DNA from: Paramecium tetraurelia | Taxonomy: Eukaryota | DNA length: 64,000 bases | Direction of reading: 5' to 3' | Assembly (NCBI GenBank): GCA_000165425.1 | Contig: CT868074.1 | Span: 434,001 to 498,000, forward strand | In this document: positions 1 through 14,379 of the stretch, in pieces | How positions within the stretch are numbered: position 1 is the stretch's first letter | Layout: each line of letters begins with the position of its first letter | Made by a program: the position numbers and the translations under genes | Notes under the pieces: generated by a model | What the model saw: the letters and a program-made list of their open reading frames with translations, nothing else | The model's database searches: none | What the model was told of the DNA's origin: nothing

Positions 1-505
1 ATGTATTATTCAAATCGATAAAATAAATCAGGGAAATTTCTTTAGACCTAATTTCCAAAGATTTAAATGGGAACAAATATTGGTGAACTGAATCTAGCAT
101 TTTTTAATTTATTAAATTAACAGCGTAGTAATAAAAAAGATTGCTAAGAACGTAACAAATAATTATCCTAAGAAACATACTAATATCAGAAAAATATTAA
201 TTGTATGTATTTGAATATCCCCGATAAAATATTCCAAAATTTACTAGTAATTTATGATTTGAATATTATAGAATTTAAACTACCCAATATTATCTAACTG
301 TTAAAATAGATTGATGTTGAGACGTGAACAAATCATAATATTTAATTTTATTAGGATGATCAATTATAAAACCTATCGTTTTGGTGAATACAAATCTGAA
401 ACTAATTTTAATAATTGTTGAATAACTGTTGAATAATTTATTATTTTTTTTTAGTCTATATAAATAGATTCTAACTTCTATTCTATTAAATATAAATTAG
501 ATAAT

Positions 506-3500
506 TCAATTTAAAACCTAATGGGAAGTGATGGGCTCCTCCTGATTCTGATTTAAAAGACCTTGTTCTAACTTGTAAAAATGGCCTTTTAAGTTAACTA
601 AATGGCCATAATTGCCTTGCTCAATAATTTATCCCTTATCAAATACATAAATGATTTTACAATTCTAAGGATAATTAAAAGATTTACCTTTATTGTAGAC
701 ATCCTATGAGCTATTACAATGGAAGTCTTTTCTTTAAGACATTCTTCCAATTATTACTATACCAAAGATTCAACGTTAGAATCTAAAGCACTTGTTGACT
801 CATCAAATAAATAAATTTTTGAATTTCTCAACAACGCCCTGGAAATAGCAATCCTTTATTTTTGACCCCCTGAAATTAGACTACCTTTGGTACCAACCTT
901 TTTATTAAATCCTGAATTTGTTTGATCCTCAGATTGTTCATCCATAATGAATTCATAAGCATGTGATAATTTTGATTTTTAAATGATATCCTCTTCAGTA
1001 GCATTGGTTTAATTGTATTTAATATTATAAGCAATAGACTCATTAAAGAGTTACGGCTCTTAAGAAACAATCGAGATTTATTACCTAAGAAATCTGAGAT
1101 CGTAGTCATATATTGATACACCATCCACTGTAATTTCTCCAGAATTAACATCATAAAGTCTGAAAAGAAGTTAGAATATTGTTGATTTACCACAACCAGA
1201 ACATCCAACTAAACCAACATTATGGCCTGCATCAATTTTAATACTTAAATTTTTCAAAACAATTATGTTTGGTCTTTATGGATAAGAAAAGATAACATTC
1301 TTAAATTCAATATTACCAAGGATGTTTCTTTTAATTCTTGGATGTTAGAATTTCTATTCTCTTTAATATTCATCTTCAGTCTCTAACAGACTAAAGTAAT
1401 AGGCAATTGAATTCTTGGTTTTATTATTATCCGATTAAAAATAAATAGTTTTGGCCCCTCCAACAACAGAAAATATAATGGCTAGAATGGTTTAATAAAT
1501 AGCCAAAATTGGGAGATCATCATATATGTTCAGAAGGGTTCCCATCAAGAATAAATACCCATTAACAAAAAATGGTTTCATTTAGGCATACCCAGAACTG
1601 AACCCAACTTAGGCACCAAACTTTTTGACTTATTTAGGAGGCCCTTCTAATTGGTTGGCATATTAATTGACTATAAAGGTCTCTGCTCTTAATGAATAGA
1701 CTGTCCTAATATTGGTTAAAGTATCCATCAACAACTTGTTACTATTTGATATATGCCTTTTGGGCAAATGATTGCTATGAACCCACAACATACCTTTCAC
1801 TTAAGCATCCCCCTATATATGATATTGGAGCCAAACCAACAGCCAATAGTGTTAATTTCCATGATGATACAAATGATAAGGCAAATCCTACTATGATTGC
1901 TGAATAATATTGACATTTAAATCCTATGATATTTTGAAAGAATTATTAAACTACTCTGGTATCATTGGTTACTTTAGGAGTTAAGAAACCTATATTATGA
2001 TTTGGGTTGTCATAAAAGCTGATTGGAAGTCTTAAAAATTTCTAATAAATTTCATTTTTCATTCTAATAGTTAAGCGTTCTGAATAGACACTGAAACAAA
2101 AGCATTCTAAAGTACTGGTTACGAAATATATAAACCCTAATATAAGTAGTGTAGTAGCACTGTTTTTAATAGTATCATCTAAAGCAATAATAAATTGTTA
2201 TCTCTCATTTTCATCCTTAATGGAATTGACTCTTTGAGGATTATGAATCAATAAATTATCTATAACATCAGCTAAAATTTATGAAAATATTGGGTAAATC
2301 GATCCATTTCCTAGTGCTGCTATAGATCCAATTATAAGATATGGTAATTCTTTATAATTTAACATTATTAAACTCTTAATGCTTTTCCAAAATGACAACT
2401 CTGATCCATTCTCTGCTGCTTCTACTTTCACTTCTTCATTACACTCCTTATCTAACTATTATTTTACATCAACCTAAGTGTTTATGACCTACACTTTAGA
2501 TTTTTCAAATTAATTATTCTCTTAACTAATTATTTTACTTAGTGATCCTCCAGGTATCTTTCTTTATGTTTCCATGTCTAAAAACGTTAGAGTTCCAAAA
2601 CCAGTCTCTTCTTTCTATTATTATTTGGATATCAAATAGGAGTAATGTTCACAATTTTATAGTAATTCATTATGAGTGCCTTACCCTATGATTTCTCCTT
2701 AATTAAATACAATGATATTATCACTGTCTTATACTGTAGACAATCTGTGAGCTATTACAATTCTTGTGGTTTTGTTGAATTTCTCATCAATAATTCTAGT
2801 TATTAATGATTCATTTGTTCTGTCTAAAGCACTAGTAGCTTCATCTAAAATAAGAATTTTTGGGTTTTGAAGTAGTGCTCTAGCCAAAGCTATACGTTAT
2901 TTTTAACCACCACTGAATTGATTCCCATTAAATCCCACATTTGTATCCAAATGATCTACTAATTCCGATGAATTCATCAAGTTTAACATTGTTATCAATT
3001 CCTCATCTGTTGCTCTTTAGTTGCCCAACTTTAGATTTTCACGTATTGTGGTATTAAATAAGGCTGGTTCTTACGAAACAATGGAAATTTGCTATCTGAA
3101 TTAATGTGTATCAATTTAACTCAAAGGAATTTGATCTGCTCCTATTAAAATCTACCCATTTTCAATTTCATAGAATTTCAAAAGGAGCTAGCCAATTGTA
3201 GACTTCCCAGAACCACTTTCACCTACTAAAGCTATTTTCTTTCCTTGTGGTATTACAAATGAGATATTCTTCAATACAACGTGATCTGGCTTTGATGGAT
3301 AACTAAATTAAATGTTTTAAAGTTTGATATCACCATCAAGATTTTCAAAACTTACTTAATTATTTTTCACCTCCTGTTCTTGACTCTCATCAATTACTTG
3401 AAATACTTCCATCGCAGCTAATTTCCCCTTTGCAAAACATGATAGACATGGACCAATCTTACCCAATGACAAACTTCCCATCAATACAGATATAAAAATA

Positions 3501-4527
3501 GTACAAATACTCCCTGAAGTATATATGGGACCTGAGTAATCAGGGGCAATCTATAATTAATTAATAGTCTTACTTAATCAGTCACCAGCACTCCACTGTA
3601 GAAAATACCGAGAGCGTAGGTAAACTATTAAACACCACACATCGATCCAAAAGCAAGCCCATAATACAATCCATATTTAATTATGGATTTGGATGAATGT
3701 AATATGACTCTCCTAAATTTTTCAGACTCGAATTCTTCACCATCTAGTGTTTTAACAGTTTTAATTGAACTTAATACCTAAAAATTAATTTGAAAGTTAC
3801 TTCTTCAACTAAGGATGAGGATTCAATATCCGATTTTTAAATGAATTACTCTCTCCATGATGCTGATATACCAATAAGGGCAATAGTAATAGCTAATACA
3901 GGAAGAGCAGATGTAATCACCAGAGCTAGTTTCCATCCTCTATATTTATAAATTTTCTGTTTACTTAATATATCCTACTAAAAAACCGCTCAAGAATGTT
4001 GCAATTGAAAATCCGAATGTAATAACCTTGTCCCCAATGGCATCTGATATTGCTAAGATTTCTGAATTCACTTTTGTATTTAAGGAATTTGCGTTTATTT
4101 CGTCGTACCATTTCACTTATTTCGTCAAAAGTGATTTTAAGTATTGTCTTCTCAATCTTTTGGTTTAATTTTCTGATGTTATTGAGAATGTTGTATACAT
4201 AATCAGAGTCACCAAAAGAGTGCAGATTCCCAACACAAACATGTAACTATTATACTAAACCAAAAATATATACATGGTATTAAGACCAGCCTTGTTTAGT
4301 TTGGTTTCGGCATCCTCATACGCAAAGGAGTCAGTCAGATTCCCAAAAATAATTGAGTATATTGGCATTGATAAACCATTGCATATTGCTCCAATAATGC
4401 TTATTACTATCCACACATAATCCATTTGATTGGCAAATCTGTAAAGTTACAAATAGGATACTGGCTTGGTTACCTTTCTTTTGGTTTCTAACTTTAGAGG
4501 ATCAATTTCATTCGCTTAAGTAATCAT
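506..4527 (-). CDS. ABCB/P-glycoprotein-like full ABC transporter (TMD-NBD-TMD-NBD)
   Basis: Code-6 translation: two Walker A motifs ([18 protein letters not shown]), two signatures (FSGGQKQRIA, ISGGQKQRIA), [20 protein letters not shown] motifs, two hydrophobic blocks. Tiny introns, e.g. 665-687 (23 nt). Confidence 0.93.
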
Positions 4528-4906
4528 CTTTTATTTATTAATAAGATGCTACAATCAATTAAATGTATTCAAAATAAAACGATTAGAATTCGTCATATCA
4601 AATAATGCTTATAATTAAATACGCATCAAATTTAATATCAGTGTTGCAGAATTTTTTCAATATTTATTTTTAAATTACTGGAAATCTAATTCGTATATAA
4701 TATTAGAAATTTAAATTAAAATAGTTGATGTTGAAATTCAATTATTCGAATTTGTTTCCTTAAATTTCAAACTTCTATACTAATTAGATAACCAATTTGA
4801 AGTAAACTTATGATATCATAGTTATTTTATGTAAATAACAAGATTAAGGTACTTACTGTAAAAGAAGTGAAATTTCTAAATATTGAAATAAATATAAATT
4901 AAATCA

Positions 4907-5894
4907 TCAACTTGTGGCTACATACCCTAGTAGAAAACAAAAGATTGCGGAGAAAAAAACATGTTAAATAGAAACAAAGATTTACGAATCTTTTTCTTAA
5001 TAATTATTTAAGAGTGAAAGCTTTTACTATTCTAAACTCTTTTTTTCAATTTGTGATTTCTCGAGTTCATTTTACAATGATATGATTCGTTAATTCAACA
5101 TTTTTATCTAAGGATCTTCCTTAACCTCATATTTAAAGCCATTCTATTTTTAAGGTTCATAAGAATGTGCTTATTAATTTTGAGTTTAACCATTCTAGAT
5201 ATTATTTTGAGAACCTGAGGATTGTTTTGAAAAGGTTTGGCATTGAATCTAGAATGTTGGTTAAGTAATAAACTATTTTTCGTCACCCTCCAATACTCTA
5301 CTACTCTATTAGGATGATTCTTATATTAATTATTATTATTATTATTATTATTGTACTTATCCAATTCTCATTAGATGGCCATTTTAATCATATGTAACCT
5401 CTTACTTTACAAACATTTGATCTTCGTAATATCTAAATTAAGAAGCTGATTAGTTGATGATACTTGATTACTTTATTAATAAATTTTAATCAATAGTAAC
5501 AATCTCAATTTTAATTTTCTCTACATATGGGTTACTACTGTTGGCCTCAAAGTATTATGTTAATGACTTTGGGTCAGTCTTATTGAAGTTTTGATCATTT
5601 ATATCAGCGACCAAGATTTGCAATTTCGCATTTCCTTCATCATCAATAATACTGCTTACTTTAGAACTTTATGCATTTTACTGTAATTTTGCAATTTTAT
5701 CCCTTAAACGAACCGATATAAGGTAACACCTGTATGTCTTGAGTGTTGTTGGTTCTTATCTTGAAACCACAATGGCTATAATTAAGAAATACTAAATACT
5801 GAGAAGGATAATTATTTAATAATGTTAAAGTTCCAATGAAGTGATTATCAATCTTAAAGCACTCTAATCTATCTCCCTATTAAATAGAAATCAT
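4907..5894 (-). CDS. MSP-domain, tail-anchored VAP-like protein
   Basis: N-terminal ..GTLTLLNN..CGFKIRTNN..VLPYIG resembles an MSP domain; Q-rich/coiled middle; C-terminal hydrophobic anchor VFFSAIFCFLLGYVATS-TGA; at least two ~25 nt introns. Confidence 0.65.
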
Positions 5895-6113
5895 AAATAA
5901 ATATATTAAAATATAATGAATTTGGACTGTTTCAATTAAAATTTATTTTTGTATTTTTTTGTATGCAACTTGAATTTGAATTTCATTTCCAGTTATATAA
6001 TTGATGAATAACATATATATGAACCATTCAGCCTGCATAATCTTTATATAAAACAATTAAAAGTATTATTAGATTATGTAAATATACTGATTATTTTAAC
6101 AATAACAAATCAA

Positions 6114-7802
6114 TCATTTATTCTATGCTATCCATTCGCTGAGATCTTTATGGGCATCCTTATATTCTTGAGAATCAACACTAACTGTAGCTAAGACTTC
6201 CTTCAATAAATCTTCCACTGTTGGACTAGCATAAAGTTGCTTTTCTTTTATTACATTTTGTGTATATAATGCTTTTTCGTGCTTATATTCAGCTGCCACA
6301 TTACTATCTAAGGCATCATCTGGGTTTGGATCAATTAATAAACTTCTAATAGAAAGGAGAACTGAAAATACAGACAAGGCAGGACTCCATTGATCTTTTA
6401 ATACATCTAAACAAACTGCTCCTGAGGCTTTGCTTATATTTGGATGATGCATTTTAGTAAAAAATGAAATTTTAGGAGGTTTGAATGGGTAATCCTGAGG
6501 AATTACACAAGTTAACTAATAGATTCCATTCTCAAATGGAGTGTTTTTTGGGCCTAACATTAATATTTTCCAAAGTCCAATATCATCAGCAGTTGGATAA
6601 ATTTTACATTCACCATAATTTTTAGTTAGAGCATCATTTAATTCCTTTAATACTCTTCTTTCTCTTCCATTTCCGCAACCACCTATAGCCTTTTTACCTT
6701 CAACAGCTGTTTTATTAGCTGCCTATTGAATATCCAAAGCTTCTGCTTCTTTGGCTCTTTTTATAATTTCTTCTCTTTTCATCACTGCCTTATTTGATAC
6801 GTCTACTGTTACAACCTTCATTCCTTCGGTATCAAATGGCTTTCCTTTGATGGCATCCAAATCTACTACATTAGTTGGATATTCCACCTTTTCTCTTCTA
6901 CTTGTACTTAAAATACTTTCAATTTCAAATAGAGACATTCCTTATCCCAAGTCTCTTGGACAATAGCATCTTCCATTACTAGCATGTGTCAAGGTCTTTA
7001 AACCAACACAGTTATCTCCAACAACAAATGAATCTATGATTATTTTATGATCAAAGATCCTTTAAACTAAAGTATTAGGTTTACTGGCTGAAGCATTATC
7101 CTCTCCATCAGTTAATGCAAGTATTCTCAACACAATATCTGGATACTTTTATTTTACTTCCAATAGTTTATTAATGGCATAATCGATTGCATCATAACAT
7201 TTTGTTGAACCACCAGGATTAGCATCATCTACCAGTTTTATAAACTTATTGAAGTCACTTGTAAACTCACATTTATCAAACAATGTTGATCCAAACCATA
7301 CCAATTTCACGATGTGGTTGAATTCAAAGGCTAAGGTCTTGTCAGCAAAGGCTGAGAAGAAGGCATTTACTGCCCCCATTCTTGAAAGCTCTTTATCTCC
7401 AAAGAATTATGAACTCATTGAACCTGAGATATCATAAAGTACAACAATGGCTTCAGCAGGATCTTATTATTAAATTATTTAAGGAGATTCTGTGACATTA
7501 TCTTATGATTGTTATTATTATTGTTATTATTGTTATTATATTATGTTATCTGCTACCTTTTCGACTAATTTGACGGTGTCATTTTATTTTAATAGTTATC
7601 CAATTATATCTGATGAATTAAGCATAAAATCATCTGAATCATTGCATTAAACATTATTTGGAAACAAACTTATTCCTTACTCTTATAATTTTTGTAAAAT
7701 AATTTCTTTGAGCTTTTCAATTGTTTGAGTAGGATCAGGCACTGAAAATTTAAGTTTGATATCTTTGAAAATCAATTTTAGAACTAAACTATCTTAAATC
7801 AT
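6114..7802 (-). CDS. Ubl-like + VWA + ubiquitin-conjugating (E2) fusion protein, intronless, 562 aa
   Basis: One open frame in code 6: beta-grasp-like N-terminus, polyQ linker, VWA with DISGS..GGST..LTDG MIDAS, then UBC with YPFKPP, HPNI and VCLDVLKDQWSPA (catalytic Cys). Confidence 0.9.
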
Positions 7803-8425
7803 TTTTATTTATTAAATCTGTGTTGAATATAAAAATTTTATTTAGAAATTTTCTACAACACTGATTAATCCTGATGAGTTATTAGGATTATTTTTTTCAA
7901 TTAAATTAACTTGGCAATTTGGTAACATTCATGAATAAAACATCTCTGAAAGATTGATCATAGGTAATTATAACAACTCTACGTTGATCGTTATAATATA
8001 AAAACCAAATTATTATATATATTAATAAGCAAGATAGTAATTGGGAATTAAAATATAACGTTAAAATATGAAATGATACAATAGAAAACTATTTGAATCA
8101 AAGTGATTTAAAATTAATCTTGAAGAAAATCCACTATGCTATTTCTATAAATTATTTAATTTTTATAAATCTAAACAAATTAGATAAATCAAAAAGGATT
8201 TTATTATAAGAATCTAAAAGAATGGATGTTTTAATGAATGGACCTCTAATAGACAATATCTTAAGTTTTTTATAATTATAAAGGTAAGGAAATATTCAGA
8301 AAATTGAAAAGCAATAAAATATGATTTAATTATAGAACAACAGTTTTCAAAACTAAGATTCATATAAAAATTTGATTATTCTTTTCTAAATTTTATAATT
8401 TTTGTAATAATTCTCATCATATTTT

Positions 8426-9418
8426 TCAATTAATATAATACTCAGAATCTTAAGTAAAAATACTTTTATTTTTATTCAAATAATCTAGAACCAAATCTTT
8501 ATTATATAATGCTACTTATTTTGCGGTACAAAATGTATCATCAGGATATGTTCCATCTGGTCTTGGATGAAATTCTACTTGAAAAAATAATTATAGATTT
8601 AAGTTTGATGTGTCTTTATAATGATTAACCAAACCATACGTATGAGAGTTAATAGATTTAACTTTATCTACCTCAATCTATCCTTGGTTTGTCTTGTTTT
8701 TTTATATTTTTATGATACTGATATGATCGATAAAATTTGCAGAGTTTATGAAATCTTAAATTGGAATTGGTTTTTCATCAGGAGCATTCCTACCAATTAA
8801 GTTTTTCTATATTTTTTCATCTTATTTAAAAGCCACTTTTTTTTACTTTTTGCATTTCGCTTTGCATTTGTTGTTTTTAATCAATACATTTGTTGTATTT
8901 AACTATTATTGAATTCTTAATTTTTTTGAAGGTTTTGTTTTAGATGACTCTCTAATATCAATTTAAATGTTAGACATTCGTTCTTCTAATGAATGTATGT
9001 CAAATGATTATTACGGGGAATCTGTATGTTTTTTGACGATGATGGATTTAGACAAATTTTATGATTTTTTTTTGTATTTCTTTGAGGTTTTTTTATTTTT
9101 CTTTTGTTTATTCTAAAATCATATGAATATGTAAACTTGGGTTTCATTATTGATGGCCTCAATAGGTATATAAATTTCTTCACTTTCGTCGTGGTGAATT
9201 ATGATAGATTCCTCCTTCTTAGGATGTTTAGATAGATGCTTTGCTTGTTCCTTTTTCCAATTATCTTGTAGTTAGATATTTATTTATCTTTTTGTGAGTT
9301 TAGGATTCTTTAACTTGAAATCCTCAAAACAATGGTTGATATAATCCTCTACTGAAGTATATTTCTTAATTATCGAGTTTTTTGAATTCATTTTTTGAAT
9401 TTTATTTTTGCTCTTCAT
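8426..9418 (-). CDS. Putative nuclear protein: HMG-box-like N-terminus, Lys-rich linker, chromoshadow-like C-terminus
   Basis: Open frame after removing one 24-nt GT..AG intron. N-term EDYINHCFEDFKLKNPKLTKRQINIQLQDNWKK; C-term FFQVEFHPRPDGTYPDDTFCTAKQVAYIIKDLVLDYL. Start could instead be the ATG at 9391. Confidence 0.6.
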
Positions 9419-10240
9419 TCTTCGAATTTTACTTCAAATTCATATTATTTAAAGAAAATTTAATAAAATTATTTACTATTTTTATAAATGAATTGAAGTA
9501 ATTTTTAAAAAGATTTGATTGAATCAAAAGAAAGATTGTGAAGCACGCCAACAACAATTCAGTTAACTATCATCACGACATTCCAAATCAAAGTCCTCAA
9601 AGATGTAAGTTAAAAGTATGTCACCCATAAAATGCCATGCTTCTGAATTGTTTCAGGAGCAATTTAACGACAAAGATTGAAAGAGTTAAGTTTATACTAT
9701 AAGATCTTGGGTTTAATATAAGATACAGGTTAATTTTGTAATTAAATTTGTCATTAAAGTGATTTTACTACTAATAAGTTCTGATGCGAAAATTCTATAG
9801 TATTAATGATCCACCCAAATAAAATTAAAAATTTCAAACCTATAGTAGGTAAGGGATAAAAATGATACTATATAAATTTAGATTCAGGAATAGATTATGT
9901 GATTTCTTATAAATATTATCCTTGATATAAATCAACTACAGTATTAGGAGCTCTTAGAACTGTGTAGATTGGTTGCAAATATGACATCAGTGATCATAAA
10001 AATTTAATTAGAAATTAACAGAAGAAAGTTCAGTGGCTAAGAAATAACAATAATGAAATATTTTCACTTATTAAAAAATAACATATTTTTATATCATCGT
10101 CCAATCTTTAAATAGAGCTTTTTTGTATCTTTTGTTAATTGAAAAGTTGAGTAACATAAGGTTTCTACCTGACTGACTTTTCTTGTTAATTCAATACATT
10201 TTAGAATAGAGATTTTAATATATAAATATATTATATTTAT

Positions 10241-11703
10241 ATGCTTAAATCAATTAGACGTAAGTTATAATCTATAACAGAATATGAAAATGAAAATTAT
10301 GAGGTATAAATAATTAAGATTTAGATTACAATAGAATTACTTCTACGAGGTGAGTTGAGTAAAACAGAGTTGGAATTTTTGATGAAAAACTTTGGGAATT
10401 TAAAATTCTTTGAGGAATAGAAAGCAAAACTTCCACTTTATCTTTATACTCAAATCTACAAGAACCTTAATTATGAGAATGTTAAAGCTTATGAATCTGT
10501 GTTTAATTATGGTATTAGTAAATGTTATGACTAGGTGATATGGGATCCACGTATTATATAATTCTGAAAGGGGAGGTCGTGGTATTGCTACCAAAGCCTC
10601 AGATACAAGAAGATCTCTTTAATCATAGATTGACAGTTGATTAGATGAGATAGCGAATTGAGAATGAGAAAAGGAAATAATTTAGTGATTTTAATGAATT
10701 CTTAACAATTGCATATTCAGACTTCATAAAGGTTAGAACCTTAAAGGCTGGAGATACTTTCGGTGAGTTGGCTCTTATAACAAAATCAAAGAGAACAGCA
10801 ACTATAATATGTAGTGTCGACTGCCATTTTATGACTCTCTAGAAAAATGCTTTCGATCGTATATTATATGAGCATCATAATTCAATTCACAAGTAGCAAC
10901 TAGCCTTCTTTGATAACATTCCTTATTTGCATGGGATACCTGACCAGCATCTGACTCAATTGATGCATTAAATGATTGAGATATAACCTAAATTAAACAG
11001 CACAATTTATAAGGAAAATGAAGAGTCACACTCAGTTTATTTTATAATGACTGGGGAAGTGGAATTATCATATCAAATAAATAATCGATAACGGATTGTA
11101 ATATCTTTAATGACTAAAGGAGCTATTTTTGGAGAAAATGAAATTCTTAAAGGAGTTAAAAGGTCTCAAAAGGCTACATGCAAGAGTAATGAGACTATAC
11201 TGATGACATTGAGTGCTCAATAGTTTCTTTCAACTTTAGAAAATCATAACTTAACTAATGATTGTTCCAAGAAGTCAGAGTTAAAGGCAGAGAGACATTC
11301 AAAATAAATACTCTTGAGGAGGAAGGCAACTGAATCGTTACTTACTTGTCGTCCTCCAACCAAGACCATTTTGAATTTAGATTCAGAAATAACTCGCTTT
11401 CATTCGACTAGACAGATTTCTTTGAGCAATAGACTCAGTAATCATCCACCAATTACCAGCACCAATTGTCTAATCCCTATTGAAATTCCACATTATATCA
11501 AATTGATGCCACAGTATCAAAGATAAACTCATTCAATTTTTAAATTAAGTAATAGCAATAGACTAAAAAATCTACTAAAAACAGAAAGAAGTGAATTAAC
11601 TTAATTAAAAGGATCTTCTTACTACTCAACTACTTCTCAATAATCTCCAAAGCACTGTGTTAATATACACGTGGAGAGATTAAGAAAATCTAGACAAAGA
11701 TGA
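10241..11703 (+). CDS. Tandem cyclic-nucleotide-binding domain protein
   Basis: GDMGSTYYIILKGEV..GDTFGELALITKSKRTAT and a second copy VYFIMTGEV..GAIFGENEIL..R; two short introns; TGA at 11701. Confidence 0.85.
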
Positions 11704-11730
11704 ATCTTATTTCTATAATGTATATACATA

Positions 11731-13387
11731 TCAAGCAGAATATATGTTATTAATTAACTCATCTTACATTTCATCTACATTTTCCTTGAGTGGTAAATCT
11801 TGAGTCTCCCTCAATTTCTATAAGGTCAATAATCCAAAAAGTAATAAAAAAAACATCCCTATTGATGAATTCAATCCAAAGGCATGGCAAAAGATCACAT
11901 ATGAATCTTGGAAAATGAAGAGGAATTCAGTCAAAAATGAAAGTCCACAAAATCCGTAATGTCTCAAAGAAGTTGGGAATATTTCTAAGGCGTAGACCTA
12001 ACGATATTATAGGATTATAATACATTGATAAATCCATAGGCGAAACTTAAAGTCAATCTACACATAACTAGGACCATCATAATAAAGGTGTATACCAATT
12101 TATCATAGAAGGTTATTAAATCACTGGCTGTTTTATTTAAAATTAATAAAGGCAGAGCAGCAATTAAGAAATGAAATATGGCACCCAAAATTAGTATTGC
12201 TTTGATTACTTCCTTCCTTAAGTAATTTAGAGAAGCGTAGCCACTGATTAAATAACCAGTAGTAGATACTAATGATAATAGGAGATAGGTGTGATGTCTT
12301 TCTAATCTTGAAAATCTCTCTATTTCTTTGGCTGTTTAGAATTAGCCTAAAACTACTATGCTATACAAATATAGAAGACAGAACATTCTAATTCTAATTG
12401 ATTTGTATCTGAAAATAGAGGAAAAGTTGTATCCTTTTGCTTATTCATGGATCTCCTCTTAGAGTAGGATATTTTTCATTTTATCCTTCAACTCTTAAAT
12501 TCTGACCTCATCTTCTAATACCCAATTCTCTGGCATTTTTCTTTCATTTACACTTGCAATGTAATTGATTGCTAATCTTGCCTCCTCAAATTTACGTCTG
12601 ATTACCAAAATTCTTGGGGATTCCTACATAAATTTGATCAACACTGAAAATAACACTGCTGGCAATCCAAACAATAGGAGCATTGAATATTGCCAATTTA
12701 AATTAAACATTTCTATAAGTCTTGGAGATATCACTTCACCAATTCCGTAACATGTTAATAATAGAGCTGGTCCAAATTTCTAAAGATTCTCACTTGATAT
12801 TTCAAAAAACAAGATCATCGATGAGTTAAAAAATCCTCTTGAAAAGAAATTAATCGCGAATAGTGCCACACTCAAAATATAGGCCGAAGGGGAGAGCATA
12901 CTTATGCAACATACGAAGCCCATCATTAGTAATGTTTCAATCATTACAGTGCTAAGTGTATAGATATTTAAAAGTACTATCTGCCCTATCTGATTTCCAT
13001 TTATTCACCGTAGTACAATGAACCCATGCTGCCTCCAATATAATAGGATGTGACCAATATGAATATTTGAATTTTATCACCGCACACCATTAAGAAGTAT
13101 TTGATCAAACTACCTAAATCTGAGTGATCCACTAATGACACCTTATTTTCCTTCGTTTTGTATTATTCACAAAATGCTCCTTCAGTACAATTCTAATAAT
13201 TCAGATCTTCTGAAAGGCATTTATATTGCTATTGATGGAAGAATAACTCTGTCATTGCTATGTGGAGCATCCCAGCAATCATATACTACAACCCCATGAT
13301 AATGAGTGCTCTTCTTTGAAATGAGTGTCCATTCCCAGCTTTTATTAAAGCCTATTCAATTGTTAATACATCAATGTATTTAGGCAT
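11731..13387 (-). CDS. MFS transporter, SLC22/organic cation transporter-like
   Basis: MPKYIDVLTIEQALIKAGNGHSFQRR start, luminal Cys loop, many TM segments, ESPRIL and YALEIFPTSLR motifs, C-terminal LRETQDLPL. Confidence 0.8.
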
Positions 13388-14379
13388 TTTTAGTTTTTAT
13401 AAAAATGTTCAAAAAAGAACACTATCAATTTATACAAATGTACATTAATCACTAAACAAAAATCTTCAATTGAAATTTTGCAACAAAAGAAATAGTTATA
13501 AAAACAATACCTCATGATATAATTGATAATTCAAGTATCTTTCTTTTTATTGTGTACTATCAATAATTAGTTCTTTAATTAATGATTCTAATAATTGAAC
13601 TACACAGATGACAATTGTAAATTGAATCTTTAGTTGATGGAATACAAAAATTTGTATTTATTTAGTATCCCTCATTATAGTTAAGTATTAAAACTAATAA
13701 TTTAGAGGAATATTGATCTTGTGAGAACAACTAAATAAAGGTTTCTTAGAAATTTAAAAAGTATTTACAACAAAAAAATAATGGTAAAGATCAAAACAGA
13801 AAACATGATGATGATTTAAATAGTTACTTTATAATTTATAGGTGAACTATTAGTTTATCTTCTAAAATATTAGTGATTGCAGAGTTAATTAACCAAACTT
13901 AAAAAATAAAAATAAATTTTAAATAGTTTATCTCGATATTTCCTTTTATGATAATAAACAGAACTTTCCTTTGAATAGATTAGAGAAGTTAAGTTTACAT
14001 AAATAATTATTTCTTTAATGAGTACTAATATCACTGGCGAATCCTCTTTAAATTATATAAATTATGCATATCAGAATTAATAAATTATTTATTATAAATT
14101 GAGCAAACATATATTCTTTGTAATCATACCCATTTAGAAAAAATCATAAAGGCAACACATCATTCAATTGATTAACCTGGTTTTGGAAAGAAATACATTA
14201 TTGATTTAGGTTTGAGGAATAAAATAATTTTGATAATTGAAACATCAATTGTACAATCATGGGCCATTTGAGTATTCTGTTCATTCAAATTATGACAAAT
14301 GATAATATTATAAATTTAATAAAGAATTATTATTTGATATCTAAATTCAAACATTAAAAAAAATACATATATTAATATT

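Noticed and set aside
5325..5352. (TTA)n/(TAA)n runs as regulatory or telomere-like repeats (also ~7510-7540)
   Set aside because: They lie inside coding regions and are best explained as low-complexity, mostly polyQ, codons.
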